A stretch of 64,000 bases of DNA from Candidatus Cloacimonadales bacterium (GCA_963663475.2 CAXXJV010000001.1:288001-352000); one strand, 5' to 3'. Shown: positions 49,183 to 60,275, counted from the first letter of the stretch. The notes: generated by a model from the letters alone, not told the origin. Numbers and translations: made by a program.

Positions 49183-49315
49183 AATTAGAAAGAATAACCC
49201 AGAATTTCTCCAATGGCGGACATATTTTTGCTTACTAAGAGCTTTCCCGTCTTAGGAATACCAGTCCACTCCTCAGAGAGGAGAATTGTCAGGGTTAAGC
49301 AGACTTAGCCCAATT
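49183..49315. ncRNA. Candidate structured RNA of unknown class
   Basis: Nested stems TAACCC/GGGTTA, TTCTCC/GGAGAA, GGAC/GTCC, CTAAGA/TCTTAG in a locally GC-richer non-coding stretch. Confidence 0.35.
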
Positions 49316-49339
49316 AACAAGAAACAAAGAGAGTAAATT

Positions 49340-49867
49340 ATGATGTTAGACATTATTTTAGCTATTTGCATAATTTTATTAGTAATTTGGGGCTTATATA
49401 AAGGCCTGATTAGAGGATTAATGAGTTTTATAACTGGTATAATTCTTTATATTTCTTTAAGTAAATTTACTATTCCTTTAAGTGATTGGATGGTAGAAAA
49501 CTGGCAACTAAGTTATGGTTGGTCCACAGTTCTTTCTGTAGTAGGGCAAATATTAATTATAAGTGTGATAACCTTGGTAATCACAAAAATTATTGAACTG
49601 ATAATAACTAGCCTAAATTTGAATATTTTTAATAGATTATTAGGAGGGCTTTTCGGTCTTTTAGCTATGCAATTTGTAATTACCCTCTTTGTGATCATTA
49701 TGAACATAGCAAATATCGAGTTGGTTCTTAAGCAGATTAATAATTCAAAAGTCTGCCAGATCTCAGCCCATATTAATAGCAACTATTTAAAACCTGTCTT
49801 GGGCAAAGATATTAATCAATATCTACAAGACTATTTAGATAGAAATAGACAAGAGGAAATAATATAG
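49340..49867 (+). CDS. cvpA: CvpA-family membrane protein
   Basis: LDIILA...WGLYKGLIR; NRLLGGLFG; precedes mutS2. Confidence 0.85.
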   Translation: MMLDIILAICIILLVIWGLYKGLIRGLMSFITGIILYISLSKFTIPLSDWMVENWQLSYGWSTVLSVVGQILIISVITLVITKIIELIITSLNLNIFNRLLGGLFGLLAMQFVITLFVIIMNIANIELVLKQINNSKVCQISAHINSNYLKPVLGKDINQYLQDYLDRNRQEEII

Positions 49868-49871
49868 ATAG

Positions 49872-52226
49872 ATGTATTCCTATAATAAATTAGAATTTAC
49901 CAAGCTAAAAGAGCTAATTAAGGGTCACTGTAACTCTTATTTAGCTAGTGATAAGATAGATGCTTTAGAGCCTTTAGCAGATATTAGAAGCATAAATAAG
50001 CAAACTGAGATGATAGATACATTTCAGTCTATGCTGAAAGAAGGCTTATCTGTTAGGATTGAAAATCTTTCAAATTTAGAAGATTTTTTTTCTGAATTTA
50101 AAGGTTTTGTCATGAGCATAGAAGAATTTCAACTTGTGATCAATAATGTCAGAATTGGCAATGATCTCAAGAGGAAACTAGCCTCTTTTGAAGGTTATCA
50201 AGTAGTAAAGAAATATTTTGAAAACTTGCAGGCTTACCCAGAAATAAGTGATAGATATGATAGAATTTTTTCACCTGAAGGCGATATCTTAGATACTGCT
50301 TCTTCAGAACTAAATAGAATTAGAAAGAGTAGAAAAGACACTAGGTTAAGTATTCAGAAAACACTCAATAGCAAATTGCATGATCCTAAATTTGAGAAGT
50401 ATTTACAAGAAAAGATAGTTACTACTAGAGGTGACAGATTTGTTGTACCTATAAAAGAAGGGAAGGTAAAGTTTGTAGGTGGCGTAGTACAAGAAAGATC
50501 TTCTAGCGGAGCATCAGTCTTTGTTGAGCCCCCAGAAATAGTTGAGATGAACAACAAGATATCCTATTTAAAACAAGCTGAAAAAGAAGAGATCTACAAG
50601 ATTTTCAAGAAGTTCACCGAGCTTATTCTTCCCTTACAGGAGAGCTTAATAAGCAATACCGAGCTGATAGGACAGTTTGAATTCTTCTTTGCTTGTGCCT
50701 CCTTCTCAAACTATTTGAAAGCTAATAAAGTTAATATAGTTGAGTCTCCAATTATTTCTTTAAAAGGAGCTAGACATCCCCTCTTAATTCATACTTTGCG
50801 AGGTGTGGATAAGGTTATCCCCTTTGAACTGAAGATTGGTCATGATTATAATATATTAGTTCTATCAGGTCCTAACACAGGTGGTAAAACTGTTACCCTG
50901 AAAGGAACAGGACTCTTAACTATGATGGCCTTATCTGGTCTGCCAATTCCTGCTGATAAAGAAAGTCAGATAGGTATCTTTGAGCATATTCTAGCTGATA
51001 TCGGAGATGAACAATCTCTTGAATCCTCTTTATCCACCTTCTCATCACATATTGGTCAGATAAAAAAAATGATTGATAATGCTAATGATAAGACCCTTAT
51101 TCTAATAGATGAGATTGGTTCTTCTACAGATCCTGAGCAGGGTTCAGCTCTTGCCCAAGCGGTATTGGAAGAGGTTGAGAAGTTATCTGCTAAAGGTATT
51201 ATAACAACCCACTTCACCGCCTTAAAGGTTTTTGCTGAGAAAAATAAGAATTGTCGTAATGCTTCCATGCAATTTGATGCTCGTGAACATAAACCAACCT
51301 ATAAATTTGTATTTGGTCTGCCTGGAGATTCCTTTGCTATTGATGTAGCTGAAGGCTTAGGTCTTAATGAAGAAATTATTAAACGGTCAAAAGACTTAGC
51401 TGGAACTCAGAATGTAGAACTTACTAATTTGATTAAAAGACTCGAAGTTGAGAAGAAAAAGCTAGGTCAGATTACCTATAAACATGAACTTCAGCTTGCC
51501 CTATTGAAGGGGAAAGAAGAGGAATACAAGAAGAAGATTAACCAACTAGAGACAGAAGCTAAGGAAATCAAAAAGAGACATTTAAAAGAAGCTCAACAGT
51601 ATTTAATTGAAATGCAAAAAGAACTTAATCAAGATCTTGATAACATTAAAAAATTAGATAAAGAAGAAAGAAAAAATAGAAATCAAGATATTCTAAAGAA
51701 GTTAAATCAAAAACATCAAGAGATTAAGAATGAGCGCCAGAAACTATCAAAGAAGAAAGGATCTAAAATTCGAGAGGCTGAAGTAGGAATGCGAGTATGG
51801 GTTGAAAGTTTTGAAACTGAAGCGACTATTGCTGAAATAAATAAATCTTCCCTTATAGTAGATATGGATGGAATCACTTTCAAAACTACATTAGATAATA
51901 TTATATCTCTTCCTGAACATAGACAGAAGAAAAAAGAAAAAGATCAAGCTGTTTCTATTGTTTCCACTGACCATGCTCCTAAGGCTAGTTTTGAGCTAAA
52001 GTTACTTGGCTTAACCTTTGATGAATCAAAAACCCTAATTAATGAATTTATCGATAATGCTAATTTAGCAGGCTTGAAAAAGCTAAGAATTGTCCATGGT
52101 AAGGGTACTGGAGCTTTAAGAAGCAAGGTGCGACAACACTTACAGAGAATAAGAATCGTGAAAACCTTTTATACTCCACCTGAAAATGCTGGTGGTTCTG
52201 GAGTTACCATAGTTGAACTCCACTAA
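49872..52226 (+). CDS. mutS2: MutS2 (Smr-domain) ATPase/endonuclease
   Basis: ARHPLL, SGPNTGGKT, DIGDEQS...LSTFSSH, DEIGSSTDP, Smr IVHGKGTGALR...GGSGVT. Confidence 0.96.
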   Translation: MYSYNKLEFTKLKELIKGHCNSYLASDKIDALEPLADIRSINKQTEMIDTFQSMLKEGLSVRIENLSNLEDFFSEFKGFVMSIEEFQLVINNVRIGNDLKRKLASFEGYQVVKKYFENLQAYPEISDRYDRIFSPEGDILDTASSELNRIRKSRKDTRLSIQKTLNSKLHDPKFEKYLQEKIVTTRGDRFVVPIKEGKVKFVGGVVQERSSSGASVFVEPPEIVEMNNKISYLKQAEKEEIYKIFKKFTELILPLQESLISNTELIGQFEFFFACASFSNYLKANKVNIVESPIISLKGARHPLLIHTLRGVDKVIPFELKIGHDYNILVLSGPNTGGKTVTLKGTGLLTMMALSGLPIPADKESQIGIFEHILADIGDEQSLESSLSTFSSHIGQIKKMIDNANDKTLILIDEIGSSTDPEQGSALAQAVLEEVEKLSAKGIITTHFTALKVFAEKNKNCRNASMQFDAREHKPTYKFVFGLPGDSFAIDVAEGLGLNEEIIKRSKDLAGTQNVELTNLIKRLEVEKKKLGQITYKHELQLALLKGKEEEYKKKINQLETEAKEIKKRHLKEAQQYLIEMQKELNQDLDNIKKLDKEERKNRNQDILKKLNQKHQEIKNERQKLSKKKGSKIREAEVGMRVWVESFETEATIAEINKSSLIVDMDGITFKTTLDNIISLPEHRQKKKEKDQAVSIVSTDHAPKASFELKLLGLTFDESKTLINEFIDNANLAGLKKLRIVHGKGTGALRSKVRQHLQRIRIVKTFYTPPENAGGSGVTIVELH

Positions 52227-52257
52227 GTTAACTCTCAAAAATTAAGGATAAATTAGA

Positions 52258-53979
52258 ATGGATTCTTCTTTAATAGAACAAATAAGGGAAAGCAATAATA
52301 TTGTTGATGTAATATCAGCTTACCTTCCTCTAAAAAGGAGTGGAGCAAACTACAAAGGACTCTGTCCTTTTCATGAAGATAGACACCCCTCAATGATGGT
52401 ATCTGAGCAAAAGCAGATATTCAAGTGCTTTGTCTGTGGTAAAGGCGGAAATGTCTTCACTTTTGTCCAAGAATATGAGAAAATTACCTTCATGGAAGCT
52501 GTAAAAAAACTAGCTCAAAGAGTTGGTATCACAGTTCAAGAATCAGCAAATGATAAACGAGCTGTTTCCAAAAAAACCAAGCTACTTAATGTTTACAGAC
52601 TAGCCAAAGATTACTATGCTAATAATCTAAAAGAATATGGCCAAGATGTCTATAAATATCTAGAAGCTAGAGGTATCTCGCCAGAATTAGCTGATAAACT
52701 AGAATTGGGATATGCTCTTGATAGTTTCACAGGACTTCTCAATCAGGTTAAAAGAGAAGATGTTTCTCAAGAGATAATTGACGAAAGTGGTTTGTTCAAA
52801 GATTCTAATAAAGGGCGTTATGATGCTTTTAGAAACAGGCTTATTTTCCCAATTCACTCCCACACAGGCCAGATTGTAGCCTTTGGAGGAAGACAACTAA
52901 GTGATCAAGAAAAAGGTGGGAAATATATCAACTCGCCAACCACAGAGCTTTATACTAAAGGTAATGAGCTTTATGGCTTCTTTTTAACCAAATACGAGAT
53001 AGCTAAAGTCAATTATGCTATTATTTCAGAAGGATATTTAGACTTCTTACGCCTATATTCAGAAGGTTTTACCAGCAGTGTAGCTGCTCTAGGTACCGCT
53101 CTCACTGAAAAACAGCTTACCTTACTAAGTAGATATACTAAGAATGTTTACCTCCTCTATGATGGCGATGATGCAGGTAGGAAAGCTGCAATTTCCAGTG
53201 GCTTAAAATGTATTGAGATGGGATTAACTGCCAAGGTAATTTCCCTACCTCAAGGAGAAGATCCAGATTCCTTCCTTCTAACTAAGGGTAAAGACTCTTT
53301 ACAAGAATTAATTGATAAACCTCTTCCCTTCCTAAGATTTGTAAAAGAGACTAAGATTCTAGCTGCCGAGAATAAGGATAAAATTAAACTACTACTTGAA
53401 AGTGTAAGCAAGATAACTGATCTTATTGATAGAGAGATGATGATTAAAAACATCAGTGAAGAATTTGCTATAAATGAAAATTCTGTGCGAGCCAGTGTAA
53501 GTCAAAAAAAACAGGTTACAAATAGACCTAAATCTGCTACTGGTTTTGACCTACAAATGCACGCTGAAGAGAAAGAACTCTTCCAGTTTATGCTTAATAA
53601 CCCAGAAGAGATAAAAAATATTTGCGAAATAATCAATTCAGATTATTTTTTTGATGTTAATTATAAAAAAATGTTTAATACTTTGACAGAAAATGAGGAC
53701 TTTCTAAATTTGTTTACTCATTCCCAAATCATTGATTTTTTCAAAGATGAGAGTTTAAAAAATATTGCAGTAGAGTTAATCCTTTTAGGTGATCCCCAAA
53801 GAGACATCCTGCACATTATCAAGGATATAAAACTCCGTAAATTGAAAAATGATTTAAATGTTGTAAATAAACAGATTCATACTGAAGGCTTTACAGCAGA
53901 GCTTTTAGAAAGAAAACAAAATATTAAAAATGAGATTTTACGCTTAAACACTGCAATAGTGAGCAATTTATTAACTTGA
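52258..53979 (+). CDS. dnaG: DNA primase
   Basis: CPFHEDRHPS...CFVC zinc finger, KYINSP, EGYLD, YDGDDAG, DPD. Confidence 0.98.
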   Translation: MDSSLIEQIRESNNIVDVISAYLPLKRSGANYKGLCPFHEDRHPSMMVSEQKQIFKCFVCGKGGNVFTFVQEYEKITFMEAVKKLAQRVGITVQESANDKRAVSKKTKLLNVYRLAKDYYANNLKEYGQDVYKYLEARGISPELADKLELGYALDSFTGLLNQVKREDVSQEIIDESGLFKDSNKGRYDAFRNRLIFPIHSHTGQIVAFGGRQLSDQEKGGKYINSPTTELYTKGNELYGFFLTKYEIAKVNYAIISEGYLDFLRLYSEGFTSSVAALGTALTEKQLTLLSRYTKNVYLLYDGDDAGRKAAISSGLKCIEMGLTAKVISLPQGEDPDSFLLTKGKDSLQELIDKPLPFLRFVKETKILAAENKDKIKLLLESVSKITDLIDREMMIKNISEEFAINENSVRASVSQKKQVTNRPKSATGFDLQMHAEEKELFQFMLNNPEEIKNICEIINSDYFFDVNYKKMFNTLTENEDFLNLFTHSQIIDFFKDESLKNIAVELILLGDPQRDILHIIKDIKLRKLKNDLNVVNKQIHTEGFTAELLERKQNIKNEILRLNTAIVSNLLT

Positions 53980-53988
53980 GGAGATTTA

Positions 53989-55731
53989 ATGCTAACTTAC
54001 AATGATTGTATTAAAAAATTAGTTGAGATTGGTAGAGAAGCTGGCTTCATAACCTTTAGACAGATTAATGAGCTACTTCCAGCAAATCCTATTTTCCTAG
54101 ATAAAATTGACGATATTCTTTTTGATTTAATGCAGGAGAATATCGAGGTTATTGATGAGACTGAGAACAAAGTTAGCAAGGCACAAGTAAAAGTTAAGAA
54201 AGAAAAAAAGTCTAAGACTCTCAAGACTCGTAAATATTATGATGATCCAGTAAGAATGTATCTTAAAGAGATGGGAAGAGTCCCACTTCTTGACCGTGAA
54301 GGTGAGATAAGAGTTGCTAAGAAGATAGAAGTTTATCATAAAATGATTACTAACAATGTCTATCTCTCTGGTTCTACCTTGAGAGAAATGCAAAACTTTT
54401 TGCACCGTTATAAAGAAAAAAGAATCAGACTTGACCAAATCTTCAAGATAGATTTTGGTACTGAGTTAGATAATAAAAAACCTGATGAGATTATTGAAAT
54501 TTTCAAATCAAGACTAAATGAGATTGAAAAGTGCTTTGATGTTATCGGCGAAATTCTTAACAATACAGACTTTGATGATACAGGCTTAGCTTCTAGACAA
54601 GAAGAAATAGATGCCAATAGAGAAAGAATTGTTGAATTATTTTCTACCTTCGTTTTTAATGATAAACTTATTAAAAGATTAGTCTATCGTGTTCGTAGTC
54701 TCGTTGATAGAATTGTTGAATCTAATACAATCATAGAGAAAATCACCAAAATTAAGAGATACTCTGTTGAAGAGATTTGCTCCTTTGGTAGAAAAGCTAA
54801 AAAATCAGACGAGGAATTCGAAGAAGTTAAAGTGGAAACTGGTGTTGATCCAAACCTCTTTATTGAAACTTTAAGGAAAATAAAAAATGCTAAAAGAAAG
54901 ATTCGCCGTGTTGAACTAGAAACACGAATGACTGCTAGTGAATTAGTATTTTTACTTAGAGAGATTGAAAGAGGAGAAAGGACTAAAGAACGTGCTCAGA
55001 GCGATATGATTGAAGCAAACGTGAGATTAGTTATTTCTATTGCGAAACGCTATAATAACCGCGGTTTAGACTTCCTAGACCTAATTCAAGAAGGTAATAC
55101 TGGTCTGATGAAAGCAGTTGAGAAATATGACTATAAAAAAGGTTATAAATTCTCTACCTATGCAACATGGTGGATTAGACAGGCTATAACCCGGGCCATT
55201 GCTGACCAAGCAAGAACTATTAGGGTTCCTGTTCACATGATAGAATCTATTAATAAGATTAACCGTACTTCTAGAAGATTAATGCAGAAACTTGGTAGAG
55301 ATCCTTTCCCAGAAGAGATTGCACAAGCTCTGGAAATGCCTATTGATAAGGTAAAATCTATTCTCAATATCTCTAAAGAACCGGTCTCTCTTGATAAACC
55401 TATTGGTAATGAATCAGGTGATAGTATCCTGGGTGATTTCATTGAAGATAAATCTACCATCTCACCAGAAAGACTGGCTGAACGTTCTCTTTTAAAACGC
55501 CAAGTTGATGAAGTACTACAAACTCTTACACCTAGGGAAGAAAGAGTTATTAGACTTCGTTTTGGTATTGATGATGGTTTCCACAGAACTTTAGAAGAAG
55601 TTGGTAATATCTTTAACGTTACTCGTGAAAGAATCAGACAGATTGAAGATAAGGCTCTTAAGAAATTAAGACATCCTACCAGAGCCTCTATCTTACAAGA
55701 GTTTATTAATAACTTTAATTTAAAAACTTAA
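53989..55731 (+). CDS. rpoD: Primary sigma factor RpoD
   Basis: [44 protein letters not shown]. Confidence 0.98.
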   Translation: MLTYNDCIKKLVEIGREAGFITFRQINELLPANPIFLDKIDDILFDLMQENIEVIDETENKVSKAQVKVKKEKKSKTLKTRKYYDDPVRMYLKEMGRVPLLDREGEIRVAKKIEVYHKMITNNVYLSGSTLREMQNFLHRYKEKRIRLDQIFKIDFGTELDNKKPDEIIEIFKSRLNEIEKCFDVIGEILNNTDFDDTGLASRQEEIDANRERIVELFSTFVFNDKLIKRLVYRVRSLVDRIVESNTIIEKITKIKRYSVEEICSFGRKAKKSDEEFEEVKVETGVDPNLFIETLRKIKNAKRKIRRVELETRMTASELVFLLREIERGERTKERAQSDMIEANVRLVISIAKRYNNRGLDFLDLIQEGNTGLMKAVEKYDYKKGYKFSTYATWWIRQAITRAIADQARTIRVPVHMIESINKINRTSRRLMQKLGRDPFPEEIAQALEMPIDKVKSILNISKEPVSLDKPIGNESGDSILGDFIEDKSTISPERLAERSLLKRQVDEVLQTLTPREERVIRLRFGIDDGFHRTLEEVGNIFNVTRERIRQIEDKALKKLRHPTRASILQEFINNFNLKT

Positions 55732-55747
55732 ATTTTATTGAAATATC

Positions 55748-55777
55748 AAAGCCCCTTTCTTGCTAAGGGGCTTTTTT
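55748..55777 (+). terminator. rpoD terminator
   Basis: AAAGCCCCTT...AAGGGGCTTTTTT. Confidence 0.8.
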
Positions 55778-55794
55778 CAAGTAGAGTAAAGTTC

Positions 55795-55902
55795 ACTGGA
55801 GCGCCTTCGTCTCTGAAGGCAAAAGAAAGAAAGCCAGCAAGGATGCTGGCGTTCCCAGTATTTTGAAAGATAGATGCCAGCAAGGATTCTGGCCTTCCCA
55901 GT
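55795..55902. repeat. REP family C cluster (one inverted, two direct units)
   Basis: ACTGGAGCGCCTTCGTCTCTGAAGGC; GCCAGCAAGGATGCTGGCGTTCCCAGT; GCCAGCAAGGATTCTGGCCTTCCCAGT. Confidence 0.8.
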
Positions 55903-55910
55903 ATTTTCAT

Positions 55911-58900
55911 TTATTTCATTAAAACCATCTTCTGAAGATGGCTAGTATTACCAACTTTTAGTTTGGCAAAATAGATTCCTGAAGCAAGGTTATTTCCTTT
56001 TTCATTATCGCCTTTCCAAACAACTTGATAATTACCAGGAGATTTATTTTCTTTAAGTAGACTCTTAACCTTCTGACCTCTCAAGTTATAAATTTCGATT
56101 TCAACTAAAGCATTAGTTTTAGAAGTATTAGTTGGGATTGTGTAGCTTATTGTAGTTTCTGGATTAAATGGATTTGGATAGTTACCATTAATCTTGGCTG
56201 TTAATAATTCTACATCATTGCTAATATTATCTGTTGGAGCAATAATCCGAACATCATCAACATACCAGCCTTCATTCACAGTAGCTCCATCTGAGCCAAA
56301 GACAAATCTAAATTGAACTTGACCTGAAGTAGAAGCAAGATTAAAGCTTACTTCTGTCCAAGGAATAGTTCCAGAAAAGACTGGAGTAGAACCAGCTATT
56401 GGACTTGCTTGATTTGTTCTCATATAGTAAGGATAAGCTCCTATAGGCTCAATAATATTAAATGGGCCACCATTAACAGACATTTCTACATAACCTCCAT
56501 CCCAAGCATAATTAGGATTAGTAGCATCATTTTCAGCCTTCATTTTATGAGAAAAGACAAAGCTAGAATTGGCTTCAACATTGAATATTGGTGATATAAG
56601 ATAGCCATAAGCACTGTTAGAATAATGATTAGAACCTGATCCTCCAAATTTGAAACTATAAGAACCATTCGGTGTATTATTTTGATTATTTGACCTATGC
56701 CATTGATTAATGAATTGACTATTTGCTTGTTGACTAATAAAGCCATCATCTCCTGTTTCGAAAGTGTACATATTTAAACCTACTAAGAAATCATAGATAA
56801 ATTCATTAACAGTAAAGAAGGGGTCAATAACTGTAACAACAAAATTTCCAGGATCATAGTCTTCAACACTATCATTAATAGTAAGAGTAAAAATATCTTC
56901 TAAGGTGATAGTCTGGTTAGGAGCAATCTCTTCAATAGTATATGAACTAGGACTGACAGTCATACCTGTATAATAGGAATAGAAAATTAGTTGAATATTC
57001 CTAGCATAACCACTCCCGCTATTAGTAAAAGTAATATTGATTGGATTTTCAGTATCAGCTTGTGGAGCTAAGGCATTAGATGTTAGATTAACACTTTCTA
57101 AGATAACTTGCGAAGCATTTAGGGTTACATGTTCCTGACTTACTGATAGCTGTTGATCAAAGTAGATTGTAAAAATTAATTCAGCATCTTCCCCATCTTC
57201 ATGACCTCCCAAGTTCTTTACTTGAAAAACATCTGTAAATGTTGACACTTGATCAGAAGCAAATGAACCAAGATATAAAGAATCTTGTAAAACTTCTAGA
57301 TGCTCATTCAGAGAGTTAAGCTTAACATAGGCTTCACCAGTAAAACTTTGATTTCCTAGATTGCTAACATCACAGGTGAAAGTTGTTATATCATTAGCAC
57401 TAAAAATATCTGTTGGGTTATTATTAACAATACTTGTTATCGCAAGATAAGCCTGGTCTCCTTGCACAACTTCAATTTCAATTTCTTTGGGAAGATGATA
57501 AGGAGCATTTAAGATAAGTCTATAATCTCCTGCCATTAAAGAAGAAGTAGTGACTACACTTATATTACCAAGAATGTCTATTCCTCCAGACCACAAAATC
57601 TCATCATCCTCATTAACCAGAGCTCCACTAGTATTTGGAGTTGAAATAGACAAAGGATAGCTTGATTGACCTTGTTCCCAAACATTATTTATATTTTCAG
57701 CAATAACTGCTGGAGTCTCTTTCCATAGGTTCATAGCAGGATCACCAAAGAGATTTGTTTCATAATAGACCCAGTACATAGTACCATTATCCATCATTGG
57801 AATATTATCTATTTTACTGTCGTTAAGAGTTTCCCCTATTTCAACAATTTCTTCAGTAAAGATAGCATCCACCCACTGTCTATGGTATTTCTGAGAAACC
57901 CCATTAGTAGAGCCCTGAACTCCCCAACCATAACGAGAATGAGAGATCATAGCTACTGCAGAAGTTTCAATTCCTGTGAATCTTTCGGTAATACAATCTT
58001 CACCGTAATCTCCAACATAGGTTCCTCTGTTATCAAAAGAACCAGCATAACAGCCTTGGGTAAAATGAACAGAGAAATTACCATTGTTTCCATTGTTAGT
58101 AATGTTGTTTACAGTTACGTAACTGTTAGATAATCTCATGTTATAAGTAGTATTAGAGTGGCCTAAATGGTTAACATAAGTTGCACCTTGATTCAAAAGA
58201 GGGAATAATTGAGAGCCATACCAAGCATCAGCATAGCCATAGTCTCTGTCATATAACTTTGAAAAAGTCCAATCTTCTGGGAAACCAGTAGTTTGATAGC
58301 CATAAAGGTTAGTGTTACCAATTAACTCATCCATGTGGTCACCACCCCAAGTAGGACCTTCCCATAACCATTCACCCACCATTACTGAAGTCTCTACTAA
58401 ATCCATAACAGGCTCTTCAGTAAACTTATGTAACTTAGTGATAATGTTATCTAACTCAGTAGGATTATTGTAGCAAATTCTCCCAATAGCAAGTTCTGGC
58501 ATTAAATCAGTTTCTTGTGATTCACCAAAGATATCATTCCCATTGGTATCCCAAGTTCCATCTAAGTTTGAATAGTAGCAATCTGCAGGAATATCATAGT
58601 CGGTTTGAGCTTCATTTGCAGCATAAAAACCACGGTGGGGAATAACATCATCATCACCAGCCAGAAGCACAAATTGAAGATCATTAGCAGGTTGAGAATA
58701 GTAATACTTTATATATTCTCTAATCTTATCTTGTGTATCATTATAACTTGCACCACCAGGTACAGGACTATTTTCAATATGCTCAATAGATACTAACTCT
58801 ACATTTCTATTTCTTAGATTATGGTAGTATTCTATTTGCTGAATTTGAGCTAAGTAAGCTTCTGGATAAATTATTAAATAATCTATACCCGTATTTCTTC

Positions 58901-59525
58901 CTGTATTTGGCATTGGAACCATCTCTGGATTATCTACACTCTTTATTAATCTTTTATATACAGACATATTGTCTTTTCTAAGATTTTGAGCTTCTTGACC
59001 AGCTTTTGTTACAGCAGTTTCAATTTCTAAAGTTGCTTGAGAATACCAAATAATTTTGTTTTCTTGAGGATAGTATTCCACTGGAGAGAAGGCAAAAGAA
59101 CCAACACTATGACCTGCCATGAAATCAGTTCTGATATTCTTAGTTGTTTCATAAGGGAAAGCTTTCCCTGAAGCATAGATATCTTCATTAGCTTCAGTAA
59201 ATGTGGCTTTATCCATTTGTGATAATGGGAATTGTTGCTGAGCTGGGAAAATTTTACCTTTTAGAATAATCTCTTGGGGATTACTAAGCCTTACATTAAC
59301 TTTGGTAATTTCTTCGCTTGTTGGTAAGTAAATCATGTTTCCTTTATAAGGTAACTGTGGTTGTGCAGGAATACCGTTCGGGAAACAATCTTCCATTGAA
59401 ATTTTTGTGTAATGACCAGTCTCCTCAATAACTGGTTCATCAAAATTATAAGTCATCGTTATCGTAGCATTGATTAACTGGGCTACAATTATTAAAAGTG
59501 AAAAAACTAATAGTCGCTTAGTCAT
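55911..59525 (-). CDS. C25 (gingipain-family) cysteine peptidase with propeptide and FlgD-Ig/T9SS-like C-terminal domain
   Basis: FVLLAGD, DCYYSNLDG, LAIGRI, NHLGHS (His), TQGCYAG (Cys), NLFGDP; C-terminal NYPNPFNPETTI. Confidence 0.9.
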   Translation of the reverse strand: MTKRLLVFSLLIIVAQLINATITMTYNFDEPVIEETGHYTKISMEDCFPNGIPAQPQLPYKGNMIYLPTSEEITKVNVRLSNPQEIILKGKIFPAQQQFPLSQMDKATFTEANEDIYASGKAFPYETTKNIRTDFMAGHSVGSFAFSPVEYYPQENKIIWYSQATLEIETAVTKAGQEAQNLRKDNMSVYKRLIKSVDNPEMVPMPNTGRNTGIDYLIIYPEAYLAQIQQIEYYHNLRNRNVELVSIEHIENSPVPGGASYNDTQDKIREYIKYYYSQPANDLQFVLLAGDDDVIPHRGFYAANEAQTDYDIPADCYYSNLDGTWDTNGNDIFGESQETDLMPELAIGRICYNNPTELDNIITKLHKFTEEPVMDLVETSVMVGEWLWEGPTWGGDHMDELIGNTNLYGYQTTGFPEDWTFSKLYDRDYGYADAWYGSQLFPLLNQGATYVNHLGHSNTTYNMRLSNSYVTVNNITNNGNNGNFSVHFTQGCYAGSFDNRGTYVGDYGEDCITERFTGIETSAVAMISHSRYGWGVQGSTNGVSQKYHRQWVDAIFTEEIVEIGETLNDSKIDNIPMMDNGTMYWVYYETNLFGDPAMNLWKETPAVIAENINNVWEQGQSSYPLSISTPNTSGALVNEDDEILWSGGIDILGNISVVTTSSLMAGDYRLILNAPYHLPKEIEIEVVQGDQAYLAITSIVNNNPTDIFSANDITTFTCDVSNLGNQSFTGEAYVKLNSLNEHLEVLQDSLYLGSFASDQVSTFTDVFQVKNLGGHEDGEDAELIFTIYFDQQLSVSQEHVTLNASQVILESVNLTSNALAPQADTENPINITFTNSGSGYARNIQLIFYSYYTGMTVSPSSYTIEEIAPNQTITLEDIFTLTINDSVEDYDPGNFVVTVIDPFFTVNEFIYDFLVGLNMYTFETGDDGFISQQANSQFINQWHRSNNQNNTPNGSYSFKFGGSGSNHYSNSAYGYLISPIFNVEANSSFVFSHKMKAENDATNPNYAWDGGYVEMSVNGGPFNIIEPIGAYPYYMRTNQASPIAGSTPVFSGTIPWTEVSFNLASTSGQVQFRFVFGSDGATVNEGWYVDDVRIIAPTDNISNDVELLTAKINGNYPNPFNPETTISYTIPTNTSKTNALVEIEIYNLRGQKVKSLLKENKSPGNYQVVWKGDNEKGNNLASGIYFAKLKVGNTSHLQKMVLMK

Positions 59526-59800
59526 TTATCCTCCATATTATAAATAATTTTCCTTCCATAAATACTAAATGCAAAATACTTACCATTAGTCAATACTAAT
59601 ATTTTAAATACTTTATAAATAAGCTGATCTACAAATTAAAAGGGCTGATTTATGGACTAATTTTTGCTTATTTGGATTTTCATTCTAAAATTGGGATATT
59701 TAAGTAGTTGAGATGCCAATTTTCCATAAAAAGAATTACTTAGACGTAAGGGTCTTTAAATGAATCGGACAAGCTGTCTGTCCGACATAAGATATTTTTA

Positions 59801-60275
59801 GGCTCAAGTTCAAGTCTGGTGGGAATAACATAGGGAAATGAGAATATTTCATTACTATATTGATTCATCAAAAATCCCTGAAAGGGATAAAATAATTTAG
59901 CCCAGGGTAAGATGCTGAAAGTATCGCAACCCTGGGTAATGATGGCTAACCCGAAGATATTACCCTGTAAGGGTTTAATAAAAAGATAAATAATGTATTA
60001 TAATAAGTCTATGGTATATATGATGTTATTTAACCCTTTCAGGGTTCAGGCTTTGTTTTACATCCAGTACCCGGGGTTGCATTCCCTTCAGGAATTTACC
60101 CCGGGCTAAACTATTTATCCCCTTTGGGGATTTAAGACTCATCCCTTCAGGATTTAGGACTTCTCATCAAACAAAACATACTATTGACAGTATATTCTTA
60201 CTTGTAACATTCTGTCATTCAATTAATATGCTATACTATAAGTCTCTTTTTATCCACCAAACTTGAACTTGAGCC
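59801..60275. mobile_element. MITE family A copy 3 (475 bp) with 8-bp target duplication
   Basis: GGCTCAAGTTCAAGTCTGGTGG ... CCACCAAACTTGAACTTGAGCC flanked by TATTTTTA at 59793-59800 and 60276-60283. Confidence 0.93.

Noticed and set aside
49215-49285. Minus-strand CTGAGGA as a hammerhead ribozyme core
   Set aside because: The following stem is not followed by GAAA, and stems I/III cannot be formed.
49872-52226. MutS2 as the MutS-like KamC partner of the KamB-like gene
   Set aside because: It is a full MutS2 with Smr domain in its usual cvpA context.
3672-58796. Numerous 60-103-aa ORFs overlapping long genes (e.g. 3672-3875, 36500-36787, 54127-54438, 57882-58133)
   Set aside because: Antisense or alternate-frame shadows of well-supported genes, with no independent signals.
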